The notes beneath the pieces are model-generated. The model worked only from the letters and a program-made list of their open reading frames with translations. It was not told the origin of the DNA and did not search any database. This document shows, in pieces, positions 26,590-40,025 of a DNA stretch of 64,000 bases. The stretch is from Octopus bimaculoides (lineage: Eukaryota): contig NC_068986.1 in assembly GCF_001194135.2 (NCBI RefSeq), forward strand, positions 100,273,231 through 100,337,230, given 5' to 3'. A program made the translations under genes and the position numbers. Position 1 is the stretch's first letter; each line of letters begins with the position of its first letter.

Positions 26590-29100
26590 ATTCAATTATT
26601 AGTATTATTTTGTTTTACTTCTCAGAACATTCAGTCTTGTTTGTTCTGGTAGATTCTGTGGGAGCGGACAGCAGCCTACCGTCAGAGGTCGCAAAGTGTG
26701 TCTCTCTAGACATTATAAGCGTTGATACTTGTTTGTTGATTATCGTGAGACGCATTCAACATCCAAGTACCAATCTCAAAATCCTAGCTGTCCCCAACAG
26801 AGCAAGTTTTGGGGCTTCACGTTTCTAATTTTTTTGTCTATTACCTCAAGTTCGTTCTTTTTCCACATAACAACATCTGCACATTATCGCATTAAGGAAA
26901 TACCTCATGTGTTCATTGACATGATTTTATTTTTTTCCATTGAGTCTACTTCCCATAATTAACTTAGTTCTTCTGAGATATTCTCGCCTAAATCTTTCCT
27001 TCATTTCATTTTCTTTGATTTTGTCGTATTCTAAAATCTCCAGATGTTTATGTCCATTAGTTTCAATATCCTTGGTTTTCTCGCCGTTCGGTAGCTGCAC
27101 ACTGTCAGACGACATTAATTTGTCTATTTGTATTATAAGTAAACCACACTTTTTAGTCCCGAATTCCAGTCCGATGTTGTTACTGTATATCTGCACTCTT
27201 GAAGCAAAGCCATTTATTTCACGTTCCGCCTTTCCATAGATTTTCGAATCATCCATATATAACAGATGATTTAATTTTCCTTCACTTTTCAAGGTGTAAT
27301 CCAATGTCACTTTCCGCAGTATCTACTTGAAATATTCCTCTCTTGATGGTATCTGTCGCCGAAAGTTTTCCACATTAAGTTAACTCTGTATTCCAGTTTT
27401 TCGTTGATCTAATAAAATTTTATATGTTATCAAACACCTGTGCCAGCTCAAGACTTTCTAAAATCCAGAAATGTGGGACCATATCATACAATGTTTTATA
27501 ATCGATCCATACCCATACAGTCGTTCAGTACCATTCTGTTATCAGAAGTTGACCTTGTGTCATTCGGCTTTTCCTTCTTCACCCATTCCGTTCAAGTGGC
27601 AGTCATGCATTTCCAGGAAATTACACACATGATTAGATATTATTCCTCTCATCAGCTTTCGCATCAAGAGCAGTCAAAGGATAGGCCGGTAATTATCTAC
27701 TGCATTGCCTTTGCTGGGAAACTTTTGGCAAAGATTTGTTTTACGTGTGGCCTTTTGGATTTTACGTTGTTGATCATTTAATCCATTTGCCTGGCTATTC
27801 TTCTGTGTAGTGCTGAGAAATGTGTCGACAAGTATTCTTGCACACTATTCCTGCCTGGGTATTTCCAGTTTGAGATCTTTGTTGTCTGTTCGGTTACCAT
27901 TTCAGTCTTTATTCCTTAATTCCTTCACCCATTTAAAATCTTTGTTATGCTTTCTTCCATTATCCCAAGTATTACTCCAAAACCTTTTACTTTCTTCAGC
28001 GTCTGGTCTCCCACTGCTGTTAAACTTTCCATTCAGCAGTTGATAAACCCCTTTTTCTGGTCTTGTTGGAACAATCTGTTGATTTTATATAGTTCAATTA
28101 TTTGTTCATATCTATTGATCTATGTCGCTTTAGCCTGCAATCTTTGTTTCAGCTCTTGAAGAACTATATTTAGCCCATTTTCGTTGTCCTATATCTACGT
28201 TCTAGTTCCTGATATTTCTCCTCCCTCTTGATTTCATTTTTTTCTTTCTTTCCATGATGTTCATATGTTTTCGTAGTTCGTTGATTGATTGTTTTATTCT
28301 TCTTTTCCTCCAAGGCACTTTTTCTTCATTCCACCATTTACGGTTTGGTTTGAGGCCTACTTTATTTCCTATGTAGATCCTGCAGGTTTTAATCAATCTA
28401 TTTATTCCGGTTATATTATTTGTCTTGATTGCTTTCAGTATCTTATTCCCCTTAAGGGCCCACACACGGAGGAAACTTCTATTTACTCTCCTGAATCCAT
28501 TTGTTTCCAAGCCTCAACGATTCCTTAATGTCTTCGATCATTCCTTCGTCTTCATTATTTTGTCCTTCTGTATACACTGGACTTGAGACGTTATATCTCT
28601 CCTGGTTACTGCCATTAAGTGCAGCGTCGTCAGCATTCTCTATCTACTTCTGCATCGCGCCCCATGTTTTCGGTCATCACCCTCCTCCTAATCTCATCCA
28701 TCTCTAGTACTGTTAGCCATCCTTTCTCCCTTATTGCTCTTACCAGTTCATAAAGGATCTGTTCCGTAACATCTGAGCCCTGCTTCTCCATCCATATGTT
28801 ATGCCTCCTCTTATAGATCTCCCTTCATTATCAGTGGGTCAGCTCAAAAAATAACATTCAATGACAGCTATATTCATCACTTTAGTCCTTTTTGTTCTAG
28901 CAGACGTATAATGACGACCGGGCCTGTACTGTTGACCCATATGGCACCTGCCGGGAAAACAATTCCGTCACCTCTAGTTCCGGCCTCATTTACACCTTTG
29001 TGTTAATTCTATTTTTCATTGCTCTCATGTAAAGGGAAGTGTTAAGTTGTCACAACCACCAGTATTTTTACCGAGGCACCATCTCTAGAGCAGTTTGTCT
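26590..29100 (-). mobile_element. Long degenerate R4/Dong LINE with internal deletion; 5' boundary uncertain
   Basis: N-terminal KVMNIAVIECYFL..VTEQ..IREKGWLT, RT NHLLYMDDSKIYGK..IGLEFGTKKC, thumb KNELEVIDKK joined to LALLGTARILRLVLGC* and 3' UTR. Confidence 0.9.
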
Positions 29101-30673
29101 AAAAAGACTCAAAGAAGCCCTTCTCCCCATAAGAGTCTAAGTGAGCTATTCTGTGCCGGATACTAAACCCAGGAGTCAGTGCTTAGCAGCTGGTGAATGG
29201 TGAACGAGTCGTTATTTAGATGGGCGCCTTTAGTCAGGTTTTGTATTTCAGCCGGCAGGGTGACCAAATAACAAAAAGCACCCCCCTTACAACGTAAGCT
29301 CCGTGGGGTTACTGGTTTAGTCGCTGACGGCACGACGGCTTTAACAAGAAACAAATGTCTTATTATTGATGTTATGTCTTGCTGTAGTTGTATCAACAGT
29401 ACACACTTGAGAGCTGTCCACACGTTTGCTGCTTTTAATCGAATATTTAAGAGACAGTTTGTTTTCAAATATATTTTTTAAATACCTGTTTACTAATCAA
29501 ACTGAAAACCCACCCGGTTAGTGGATTCCTTTTTTATTTCGTTTTTGTGTTTAACATTGCAAATCAAAACGTTGAATTTATTTATTTTTTTGGAAAAAAC
29601 TTTATTTTGATATAACGGTGACGTCGTCTACAGTAAATTAACTGAAAGAGGAGGTAGGAGGGCATTTGGGTGTCTACTATTTCCTATGGGCAAGGCATTG
29701 CTCACCACCTCCTCCAGAAGTCCAATTCTGAAAATTTACTCAACTGTCGCTGTGAGGAGGCTAATGGGAACAACGTGTCAAACAACACTATCATCACCAT
29801 CACCACCAGAGCAGATGAAAGTAGCAACGACAACAAGAAAACAGAAACATGAACAGACCAGGCAACACTGAAATCTCTGTTTCTCCATCATCAACACCAT
29901 CAACGACGCAGCATGAATAACAACAATATCAAAGTAGTGTTCGCCGAAAAGTAACGACAACATCACTACTGCTGCTAGTGCTGCTGTCTATAACATCACC
30001 ACCACCGCTCTCACCAATTACTGTTGAAAACAATTAGTAACATACTTAAGGCAAGGTCAGATGTTTCGCTGGAGCGATCTCAAATATGTCTTTGTTTTGA
30101 AATGAAAGAATCCTGATTTTGAAATCGTGTGGTGAAACAGATGTTGTTATATTTCGGGATGGTCATAATTAATTTTTCTTCAAATAAACACATGCACTGC
30201 ATGTGTTTATTTGGCAAAAAAAAAAAAAGGAATAAAGAGAAAAATATGACCATCCCGATATATAACAAGACCTTCAAATATCATTGAAATTTATTGGAGG
30301 GAAGCCTTATTAAATCACATTTCTTTTTACTTGTGGACAACGCTTATATCAGAGTAGGTTGTACAAATTTGGGTTCCTGGGCTCAATTCGGAAGCAAGCT
30401 GGCTTACCCCTTGGAAGTCAGGAACCAAGCCGGACATAAAATATCTTTTTCAGTTCGAAGTACAAACGTGAAAAAAAAAAAAAGAAACCCCCACCACCAA
30501 ATTTATAATTGTAAGTCTCTTGCCAAATAAAATGACGAAAAGTGCCGTAAAATAAACATTTTCATTTCCATAAATACGTTTGGTATTGCAGTATTCCAGT
30601 TTACGAATGAACGTACAAATTGATGCACATTTCACCCCAGAGCTATTTGAAGCATAACATTCTCCTGTGCTAT

Positions 30674-30799
30674 CTAAATCATCATCAACATCCTCCTCCT
30701 CCTCATCATCATCGTCATCATCGTCGTCGTAATCATCATCATTATCATCGTCGTCATCATCGTCGTCATCATCATGATCTTCATCGTCATCATCATCAA

Positions 30800-30834
<35 letters not shown>

Positions 30835-30930
30835 CCATCACCATCATCATCATCATCACCATCACCATCATCATCATCATCGTCGTCATCGTCATTTTCA
30901 TCTTCATCGTCATCATCGTCATCATCGTCG

Positions 30931-30963
<33 letters not shown>

Positions 30964-30990
30964 CCATCGTCGTCATCATCATCATCATCG
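30674..30990. repeat. Interrupted (CAT)n/(CGT) microsatellite
   Basis: Direct sequence; source of the poly-His/poly-Met pseudo-ORFs. Confidence 0.95.
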
Positions 30991-31249
30991 ACTCACCTGA
31001 TGATGAAGGACAGTGTGAGAAAGACCTTCATCACGATATAAATTTTCTATTTGTGATTTGAAATTCTTGCATAGATAAGGGACACTAATGATTAGGCGCA
31101 TTTGAATAAGTAGCCCCTCGAGCATCATTGATGCTGACTGAATTCATATAAAACATTCGAGACAACAATTGATGAATTTTGATGTTCTCTATAGACAGAC
31201 CAATTGATGATACTCGTGGCTGAGGAGTTAATAACGACAGCTAATTAGA

Positions 31250-32450
31250 TTCCCGGCATGCGCATACTGACACATATAATTAATGGCTACGAAGTAAGTA
31301 TAGTGTCACTTAGCCAGCCGAGAACAGGAGAAGAAAAACAGTGTTATTTCGTTTAGGACCAAATCTCGAGGCACGGGCGATCTTTCTAGAATCGGAACGG
31401 TAGGTTATGATCTTGAGCCTGTGCAGTTATGATCTTGAGCAGAAGTTCTGGGTTCAGACCACGGGTAGTATATTTCTTGAGAAATGTAAGGAGGTCAAAG
31501 CTTTCAGGTGTCTGGAAGTACTCTTGTAAAAGTTTCGCTTTTCGGAACTAGTGGGCGACTGGATTGATATCTAAGAAGCATAAAGGGATTGCGTTTGACT
31601 AGATAATAAATGGGGGATTTGGAAAAGTTTAGCAAGCCTTCAGATGTGTCCAACTCTCTGAAGGTATCAGTCAAATTCCTCGAATGCATAAGCGTGTATG
31701 TGGTGTATTTGTATTGGGTCAAGCAGATCCTATCTAGGGAGAGTATTCATTAGATCAAAAGACGTTGGTAGCTTAAGATGTCTAGAGTTAGACAAACCCC
31801 TAAGTTTTGCCCAATACGATCAACCAATATAGAGCTTGTAAAGACGAGTCTATCCAGAGTTAGGTGAACACCTCATTTCCGGGGGTTAAAACTGACATAG
31901 TGGACAGCGTCAGTATACAGTAGTAAGGATTAATGAAACGGGGCATTATAGGTAAATATTATCTCGTGAAAAGCAAGTGAGAGAACATTACAGAAATGCG
32001 ATAGCAAACTAAAATGGAAAAGGATTACTTTCATGTGCTACCAGTGAGAATGATGTTCGGCTATTTTTCAATGCAAACGTTAGGACTACGTTAGGGTTCT
32101 AAAGGAATTGGGCACGAAAATATTGCCTGCGCTCAGGTAATGTAAGTGGGACTAAAGCACTCTACTTTTGGACGACCCAAGAGGATTGCTTGTCTATTGA
32201 ATTTAAGCAGCCGTAAGCACATTTTCAGTTGCTTGACAATTCGGGGAAAGAAGTGAGAAATGGGATATGGCTACCGAATCGGATAGTCTGCCTTACAACT
32301 TTGATGGTTATTTTCCAGAATTCTTATGTAACTCCTACCGAAATTGATGTCAGCACAACAGAATTCCTAGTTCTGTAAGTCCGTATGCGGTAGCCCTCCT
32401 GAGAACAAACACTAACAGTGGGGATTTCCAGCTCATATCTTTGTTACATG
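31250..32450 (-). mobile_element. Possible very old LINE (RT-like) relic
   Basis: GC-richer block without microsatellites; only faint RT-like fragments (e.g. LTDTFRELDTSEGLLNFSKS). Confidence 0.3.
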
Positions 32451-32917
32451 CAGTGTTTAGATTGAGATCAAGAAGAGGGTGTTTCTCACCGATAATTGAA
32501 ACAGGAGAATGCAAAAATTTGCAATTCCTTATTTATCAATTCTGTGACAAAATCCACTTAAGGCAACATAGTGAAGAGCGTAAACAAAATATCTATGCCT
32601 TCCAAAACACAACATTCACTGCGTATATACATATGTCTTGCCATCACCAAGGGATCAGGGTGCTTCATGCATTTATAGTTATTTCTTCTCGTCTCACACG
32701 TATATTAGGTTTTATTTCCCCCCCCCCTTTAATTCTTACAGAAGGTACATATCTGGTTATATGTTCTGGAGGATTTGATATCTCTGGAAATATTTATACA
32801 AGCGTACATTTCAATGACATAAATTCAAACTGTGCAAAATGAGCTCAGTCCAGATTCTTTTGTAGAATGCCCATACAGACATGGATACACATACACGCAT
32901 ATATANNNNNNNNNNAC

Positions 32918-32959
<42 letters not shown>

Positions 32960-35714
32960 ATACATGCATACGTGCATACGTAAATACATACACATATACA
33001 CTCACACACATGTATGTACATATATTTACACATAAAGGCATATGAAAGCATTAGAGAAATGCTGTCTAAATCCACTCATACCAATGACCGTAGAGCGTGC
33101 GAAGACAATGAAAAAGTCAGAAATGTTCTCCTTGTTAAGAACTATGCGATGTGCAAAGATGGGAAGATATTTAACGACGGTGTATGATTAGTGTGTTTCA
33201 TTCAAAGGCTAAATAAATATTGTAAATGTTACACTGTTGTCCAGAACTTGCTACTTTTGTTAGTCTCTGCGGACATAAAATTATCAAAACAATTTTAGCA
33301 AAACCAGAATTTTGTTTCTAATTTCCTTTGAATACAACAATAGATTTAAATATTAAAGAAAGAAAACAAAAAAAAACTGTAAGATTTATAGTAAGTCCTA
33401 GTCCAAAAGAATATTTTATTTATTATATACAGTAAATTTAATAACAGCAGTTTTATGCGTGCAGTAACATAGTTTAAGAACTGATGCATTCAACTATGTG
33501 TGTACAGTAGCACAAAGAAGCTGAACCTTGCCCCCATTTTTCTATGGTCAATAAATGCATATCAGAAATATTCCATATATTGAAAGAAGAGAAAACTTGA
33601 AAATCGTATATATTCCATATATTCATGCAGTTGCTGTGGAAAACTTTGTTATTTAACTCAATGAATCTATCTCTCTAATGTAACGCAGGAATTAAGAAAT
33701 AATATTTACGCTAAAAACGTTATCGTACTTTAGTGGTTTTTAGTGGAATCTTTAATAGATAACAGTCGTCCAAAAGAGAAACGATATTTTCAAATATCAA
33801 AATTTTGCAAGAATTTATCCTCTGTAAAATCATAACACATGTGTATAATCGAATTGTTTTCGAGGAAATAGCCTAGTTTAAAAGATACAAAGTATTTATA
33901 ACTTACCTTAAGTAACAGCTGATGACAAAAACATACTTTTGTTCTTGATGGATGCCAATCATTGTAGTAATACCAAATATTCGTTGCAATTGCAAAGATA
34001 GAAAAAACGTGTCGGAGGAGAAATACTCTTAGGGGATAGATAATATTGGCGAAGGTCAATACAATTTAGAAATATATTCGAATATATATTATTAATAATT
34101 TTCTAATGAAACAATAAATAAATGTAGTTTGTAAAATATCAAATTATCTTTGCAAGACAATGTAGAGAAAAAAAGAAGTAGAATTTCGAAAATTTAAATT
34201 TCGGATTGAATATATGTTCCTGAAAGGCAATATAGATAAGAGCTAATAAAATGTAAAGAATTTTACAAAATCTTACTTGTAACATAAGAAAACCGAGTAA
34301 CTAAGCACATTATATAAATATAATCTCATTATTCTGACAATGACTGGTTTAAAACAACCCAATAATGGTAATCTGATTTAAAGAAAATTGTTAACAGAGT
34401 GAGAGAGAAATAATAGGACATAATCTAAATGGAGATATTAATTTAAGTATATATAAAATGGACTTTGGGGGAAATGATTTATTTAAATAAGATATAGAAA
34501 TGCCAGAATTTATCTCTAAATATAACAAGCAAAATTTAATATTTAATACGAGATGGATATAAAATAAAATTTATAGTGTTATTATGAAAGCACTATTCCT
34601 GTAGAAAAATGTATAGCAATATAAATGATAATGCAATAATCATTCATGATATTATTAAGATTTTCTAATATCGTTTTCTCTCATCAGCAGAACGCAATCT
34701 CTTGCAAACATAGATACAGGCAAACACACAAACTCATCATCCATGCTCACAAACACATAGTGTTGTACACAAACCAACACGGAGAAAAATAGACATAGAA
34801 ATAAAAGGAAAATATAAAACGACACACAAACCTGTACTCGTTTATACACACATATATTCACGTTACACACATATACAAATTCAAACAGACACATACATAC
34901 AATCATGAACAGGGAAGGGAAAATAAAGTCATTTTCATTTCCCAGATTTTCTTATAATAATTTCAACGTTACATTACGATAAACTTTGATTCCTTGAGTA
35001 AATTGAATTTCTCCTACAAGTAGGATTTATTGCTGTATCTGCAGACAATCAGCACTTTTATAAGTGGGTTTTCCATTGTATTTAAAAACCATAGTTTATA
35101 ATAATCTTATAAAGACGTTAAGTTACCACGTGATTAGCTCCATGTAAATTACTACCGCGTCAAACTTCTTTTTTAACTTAAGTTTACTTTATTTTTTTGT
35201 AGTTGACTTTAGAATATAATTGCTAGTATTTATAGCATGTCGAGAAACAACCTACAAGCTCGCTCTTGGTTCTTAGGCAGTTGTCTGAGATGGTGGCATT
35301 TTATGTGTTTCGCTCTATTGACAGAATTATATTTTTCTGTGATGAACTGGGAAGAAATTTTAATTATGTTTATTTAGTTAATTATGATGTTTGCATTTGC
35401 ATGATGTCAAAAAAACTAAAAGCTGTTTGCTGAAAAAAAACTTGATAAACCAAGCAATTACTCTCCTCCACTAAATGTTAACAACTAAATTATTTCTAGG
35501 TTAATTGATTTTAGCTATCTCATTTGATTAATAACCATTGAAGGAAACAAGAAAGCAATACAAAAATCTATAGAAAAACTGTCAAAGGTATTTTCATTGG
35601 GGCAACAAAATAACACCTTTTTTTCAATTTTCAATTTAATTTATAGTCGGTTCTGAGCATACGTCCATATCTGAAATTAAAACTTAGAAAGAATTTATCT
35701 CTATATACAAGCAT

Positions 35715-35890
35715 GCTTTCAAATCATCATACATGTGAGAAATTGCACCTCGTCTTGTTGAACACATGCTTATGTGTCTGTGTTTGTCCCCCACCACAGC
35801 TTCACAATCGATGTTGGTGTGTTTACGTCCCCGTAAATTAGTGGTTCGACGAAAGAATCCGATGGTATAAGTACTAGGCTTACAAAGAAC
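35715..35890 (+). mobile_element. Family-B SINE 3' half
   Basis: TGTGTTTGTCCCC..GGTGTGTTTACGTCCCCGTAA..AAGTACTAGGCTTACAAAGAA. Confidence 0.8.
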
Positions 35891-36039
35891 ATTTACATAA
35901 AGATACAAACACACGCACATAGACACACACGCGCGCGTGTGTACATATAAAGACAGTTAGATGCAGATTGAGAAATATATAAATACAATCGATAAAATCT
36001 ACAAACACAGCATTAGAATTCACACTTCATCCATAAAAA

Positions 36040-36950
36040 TGTTAACACTTAACGCATATCATACATTTAGGCTGACTTCAATGCACTCCGCATCTCCTGG
36101 ATTCGAATACCATAAATCATAAAAGAGATAATACAGTCACATTTAAACTCGCATACATTCAGTAATCAATACAAATACACTCACACGCCTCAACAGTTCA
36201 ACGGTTTTCCCTCAGATGTCACATTCTGCTCCATAAAACTACATTCTCCAATCATTTGGCAAAAATTCTTAAAACATTACTTCGACTATCCACTAATTAT
36301 CTTTGCGACATACTCACTCATCTCTTGAAAACTAAAAGCACTTTTACTAACTTCAAAAAAGCTTAATGGAACGATTTCCAGGACGAAAGCGAATCGAGGC
36401 TTTTAAATTTCATTGTCGCAGTCATTAACATAAGCACTGTAGTGCATATATTCAAGAAAATAATTATAGCCGTTTGAAAAAAAACAAAAAAACATAACAG
36501 ACAAGGCATCATAAAGACCAGAAATATCCAGCCTCATAACAATCAGAGATAGTTCCAGACACAAGACACCAAAGCCACGCGAAACGGAAATAAAACTTAG
36601 TATTAATCAATTAATCAAATATGTAACAAAAAAAGAACAACGAATACTGGAAGCAAAAGATGTTATGCCCAAAATAAGCCCCATTATTCACAGCTTAATA
36701 TTATAAAGAATAATTAGCAATCTCAACTTCAAAAGTAACAGTCAGAAAATTACAATGTCACATTAACAACCAGAAATAAAATATTCACACAGAAACACAA
36801 AGCAAGAAGATTTCTCAACAATTTCTCTCAAATTAATCACGGCCTACGATGCAACCAGACAGAAAGAAAAACAAGAAATATGTATTTTCAACTTAGACGC
36901 GATTCTTAAACTTTCATTTTACAAGTAGCCAGAGAGGCAAAAAAATATAT
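36040..36950 (+). mobile_element. Degenerate I/Jockey-group LINE: APE endonuclease region
   Basis: ADFNA (GDFN motif), INTNTLTRL..SDVTFCS..W..DYPLII (SPD/SDH motifs), FTNFKKA*W. Confidence 0.55.
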
Positions 36951-37256
36951 AATTATACAAAGTGGCAAAAACTCAGGACAAAATAAAATCACAAACATAC
37001 ACTTAAAACAACAGTCGCCTAAGGAAAGAATTATTGAATTCAAGAATATTTACATGCACTTGTAACGATGTCGTCAAATTTCCGGATTACGGACGCTGAG
37101 CAAAATTATAATCATAAACTTTTAAAATATTAAAACTTTCTATAGTTTCGTAATCTCTCTTCTCGTTATATTCTCTCTAATTTTCTGAAAATACTCTTCT
37201 TAACATCATTCTAGCTTGGCCTCTCCCTTTTCTCTTTTAACACATCAGCTGGGTAA

Positions 37257-37683
37257 GGCGGCGCGCTCGCAGAAACGTTAGCGCGCCGGGCGAAATGTCT
37301 AGCGGTATTTCAACTGCCGTTGCGTTCTCAGTTCAAATTCTGCCGAGGTTCACTTTGCCTTTCATCCTTTCGTGGCCGATAAATTAAGTACCAGTTACAC
37401 ACTGGGGTCGATGCAATCAACTTAATCCTTTATCTGTCCTTGTTTGTCCCCTTTATGTTTAGCCCCATGTCGGCAATAAAGAAATAAGAAACGTTGGCAC
37501 GCCGGGCGAAATGCTTAGCGGTATTTTGTCTGTCTTTACGTTCTGAGTTCAAATTCCACCGAAGTCGACTTTGCCTTTCATCCTTTCGCGGTAGATAAAT
37601 TAAGTACCAGCTGCTTACTGGGGACAATCTAATCGACTGACCACCTTCCCAAAAACTTTGGTACTTAAGCCTAGATTAGAAAN
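37257..37683 (+). mobile_element. Head-to-tail family-A SINE dimer
   Basis: Full unit ending GGCAATAAAGAAATA, then a second unit starting AGAAACGTTGGCACGCC. Confidence 0.85.
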
Positions 37684-37789
37684 NNNNNNNNNTATATATA
37701 TATATATATACATTATAATAAGAATAAGCGTCATACTAATATATATATATATATATACATTATAATAAGAATAAGCGTCATACTAATAT

Positions 37790-38620
37790 ATACTTTTGTT
37801 ATTTACACCACCTGTCCTCGTCTGTTGTTATTTTTTGTATATTCTCCCTCCTATATATACATTATACATATATATCTGTAATATATGTGACAATGTTTCT
37901 GTTGCCATAATAAAGCTTCGAGTTTCGGATGTCGGGGGCAGAAACCTGCTCCAACATCACTTCAGTGATCGAGGTAATCAAAATATGCTATAAAAATGAA
38001 CATTAAACAAAGGAAAATTATTATGTTAGATAACGGTCATTCTAATAGCTCCTTTGTGTTAATAACGGTCAATTACATAATAATTTCCCTGTGTTTAACG
38101 GTCAGTTTTTCCTACAACCTTTCATATCGAGATCTTGGATACTGGCACACCTAGCATTTTACTTTATAGTGTGTTTAATTCGCAACATTCTTATTATTTT
38201 ACTTATTTTTCTTAATTACTCCCTGTGTATCTATAATTTTTCCCCTCGCTATTCCTGCTCAACAACTTTGACCTACAGACATATACATCACGCTGTATTA
38301 AATCCGAGCGAAACAGGTCATTTGACGAACTACCTCGTATTACGTCACCTAGTGTGACACTTCTGCACCGAGGGATGCACGACAACCAGTTGTGTAGTTT
38401 CTCATCCGAGAGGTATCGATGAAGGATATGTTGAAACGAACTGTTTTACGTCTCTATCGCTAGTTTCATAAATGTTGGGTGCCACTTGGCAGTAAGAGCA
38501 CATCCGACGACGCTGGTCTGCAGACTGATCCCAGACTGATCAAGTGACTCCTAGCGGCAGACGTCCGAACTACATCTGGATTGCCCCACAGAGAACGTTT
38601 CCAGATACTTTTGGGTACCC
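37790..38620 (-). mobile_element. Degenerate Penelope-like element with hammerhead-like terminal motif
   Basis: Minus strand ALTAKWHPTF...VTLGDVIRGS resembles a PLE post-RT segment. CTGAAG-long hairpin-CGAAAC at 37965-37922. Tail resembles that of the 49690 element. Confidence 0.45.
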
Positions 38621-38884
38621 ATTGTACATATATAAGCATAAATACATATATCTACGTGCGTGCATACCCGTGTATATATGCCCGCGTGTGTTTCGTAAAA
38701 GAACGTAGTAGAAGAACTAAAGATATGGACATATGCTTTAAAGCGTGAAATAAATAATCATAAACGGTTGTACTGGACCGAAAACATATCTACATCAAAC
38801 GTTTGAAAAGTACTGTGCACAGATATCTTCACTTTTCTCTCGGTTATAGGTACATGCACGCATACATGCATATATACATACATG

Positions 38885-39560
38885 CTGGGTGCGACGAGTA
38901 CATTGTCGCCGTTTTATATTTTTAATTTCCCGCATCGTGTTGTTTGTTTTCGATTCTGTCGATTACTCAATATTGTAGGGTCAGTTGGGCACCGTCTGTG
39001 AAAATAACAGCGGCGTGACGAAATTCACTCTGCCAAAAGATTGGAAATGACATGCTGTCCTGCTTGCCATTCTTGCTGGAGTGATCATTTTAGTGATAGC
39101 GACGTTATGTCTCGGTTCATCTTGCAACACGAATTCAACCTCAACACGGAGTTCTACATAAAGTGCCTGCAGGAGTTAGTGCTGTCCTAGGCCAAGATGA
39201 TGGCTGATTGAAGACCCTATGTCTGGCAACAAGACGCTGCAGCATACCATACAGACAGGAGAACCCAGTCATGGCTGTCAGACAACTTCTGCAACTACAT
39301 CATCCCTAACATCTGGCCACCTAACTCCCAAGAGTGCGACCCCCTTGATTTTTATGTGTGGATCGCAGTTGAGCGAGTAACCAAAGAAAAAAAACTCCTT
39401 GTGACACCAAAGATGAACTGAAGGCAAGTATTATGACAGCATTCGCCAATCATAAACAACTCGTCCATCCAGATGATTTGCCAGAGATTGCACGTCGTCT
39501 AGAGGCCCTGGTTGAATGAAGCCAATGAAGATTTTATTGAATAAATGTACTCTTTAGAAT
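38885..39560 (+). mobile_element. Tc1/mariner DD37D (maT) transposon, internally deleted relic
   Basis: WQQDAAAYHT...WPPNSQECDPLDFYVW with 37 codons between Asp codons at 39233 and 39347; C-terminus RLEALVE..NEDFIE*; left TIR-like CTGGGTGCGACGAGTACATTGTCGCC. Confidence 0.85.
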
Positions 39561-39880
39561 TTCATATATATATATATANNNNNNNNNNNNNNNNNNNNNN
39601 NNNNNNNNNNNNNNNNNNNNNNNNNNNNNNNNNNNNNNNNNNNNNNNNNNNNNNNNNNNNNNNNNNNNNNNNNNNNNNNNNNNNNNNNNNNNNNNNNNNN
39701 NNNNNNNNNNNNNNNNNNNNNNNNNNNNNNNNNNNNNNNNNNNNNNNNNNNNNNNNNNNNNNNNNNNNNNNNNNNNNNNNNNNNNNNNNNNNNNNNNNNN
39801 NNNNNNNNNNNNNNNNNNNNNNNNNNNNNNNNNNNNNNNNNNNNNNNNNNNNNNNNNNNNNNNNNNNNNNNNNNNNNNNN

Positions 39881-39917
<37 letters not shown>

Positions 39918-39987
39918 TATAGGTATATATGCATACATGTGTGTGTATATACACACGCACATATATAAAGATATGCGTACGTGCGCG

Positions 39988-40025
<38 letters not shown>

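Noticed and set aside
29100-29360. Possible HDV-like ribozyme at the 5' end of the long Dong element
   Set aside because: Some partial pairings exist (GACTAAACC/GGTTTAGT, a UCCUGG loop), but I could not fit P1, P1.1, P2 and P3 consistently.
29640-30070. Possible first exon or 5' UTR on the plus strand
   Set aside because: Only short ORFs, a weak donor, and no support from the sequence alone.
30620-31061. Poly-His, poly-Met and poly-Ile ORFs
   Set aside because: Translation of a (CAT)n microsatellite with no complex flanking coding sequence.
32720-32842. Strong-looking plus-strand acceptor (TTAATTCTTACAG) followed by a short frame
   Set aside because: All frames stop within about 35 codons and no matching donor or partner exon was found.
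37692-37790. About 48-bp tandem duplication next to a small gap
   Set aside because: Adjacent to Ns and (TA)n; likely slippage or assembly artefact.
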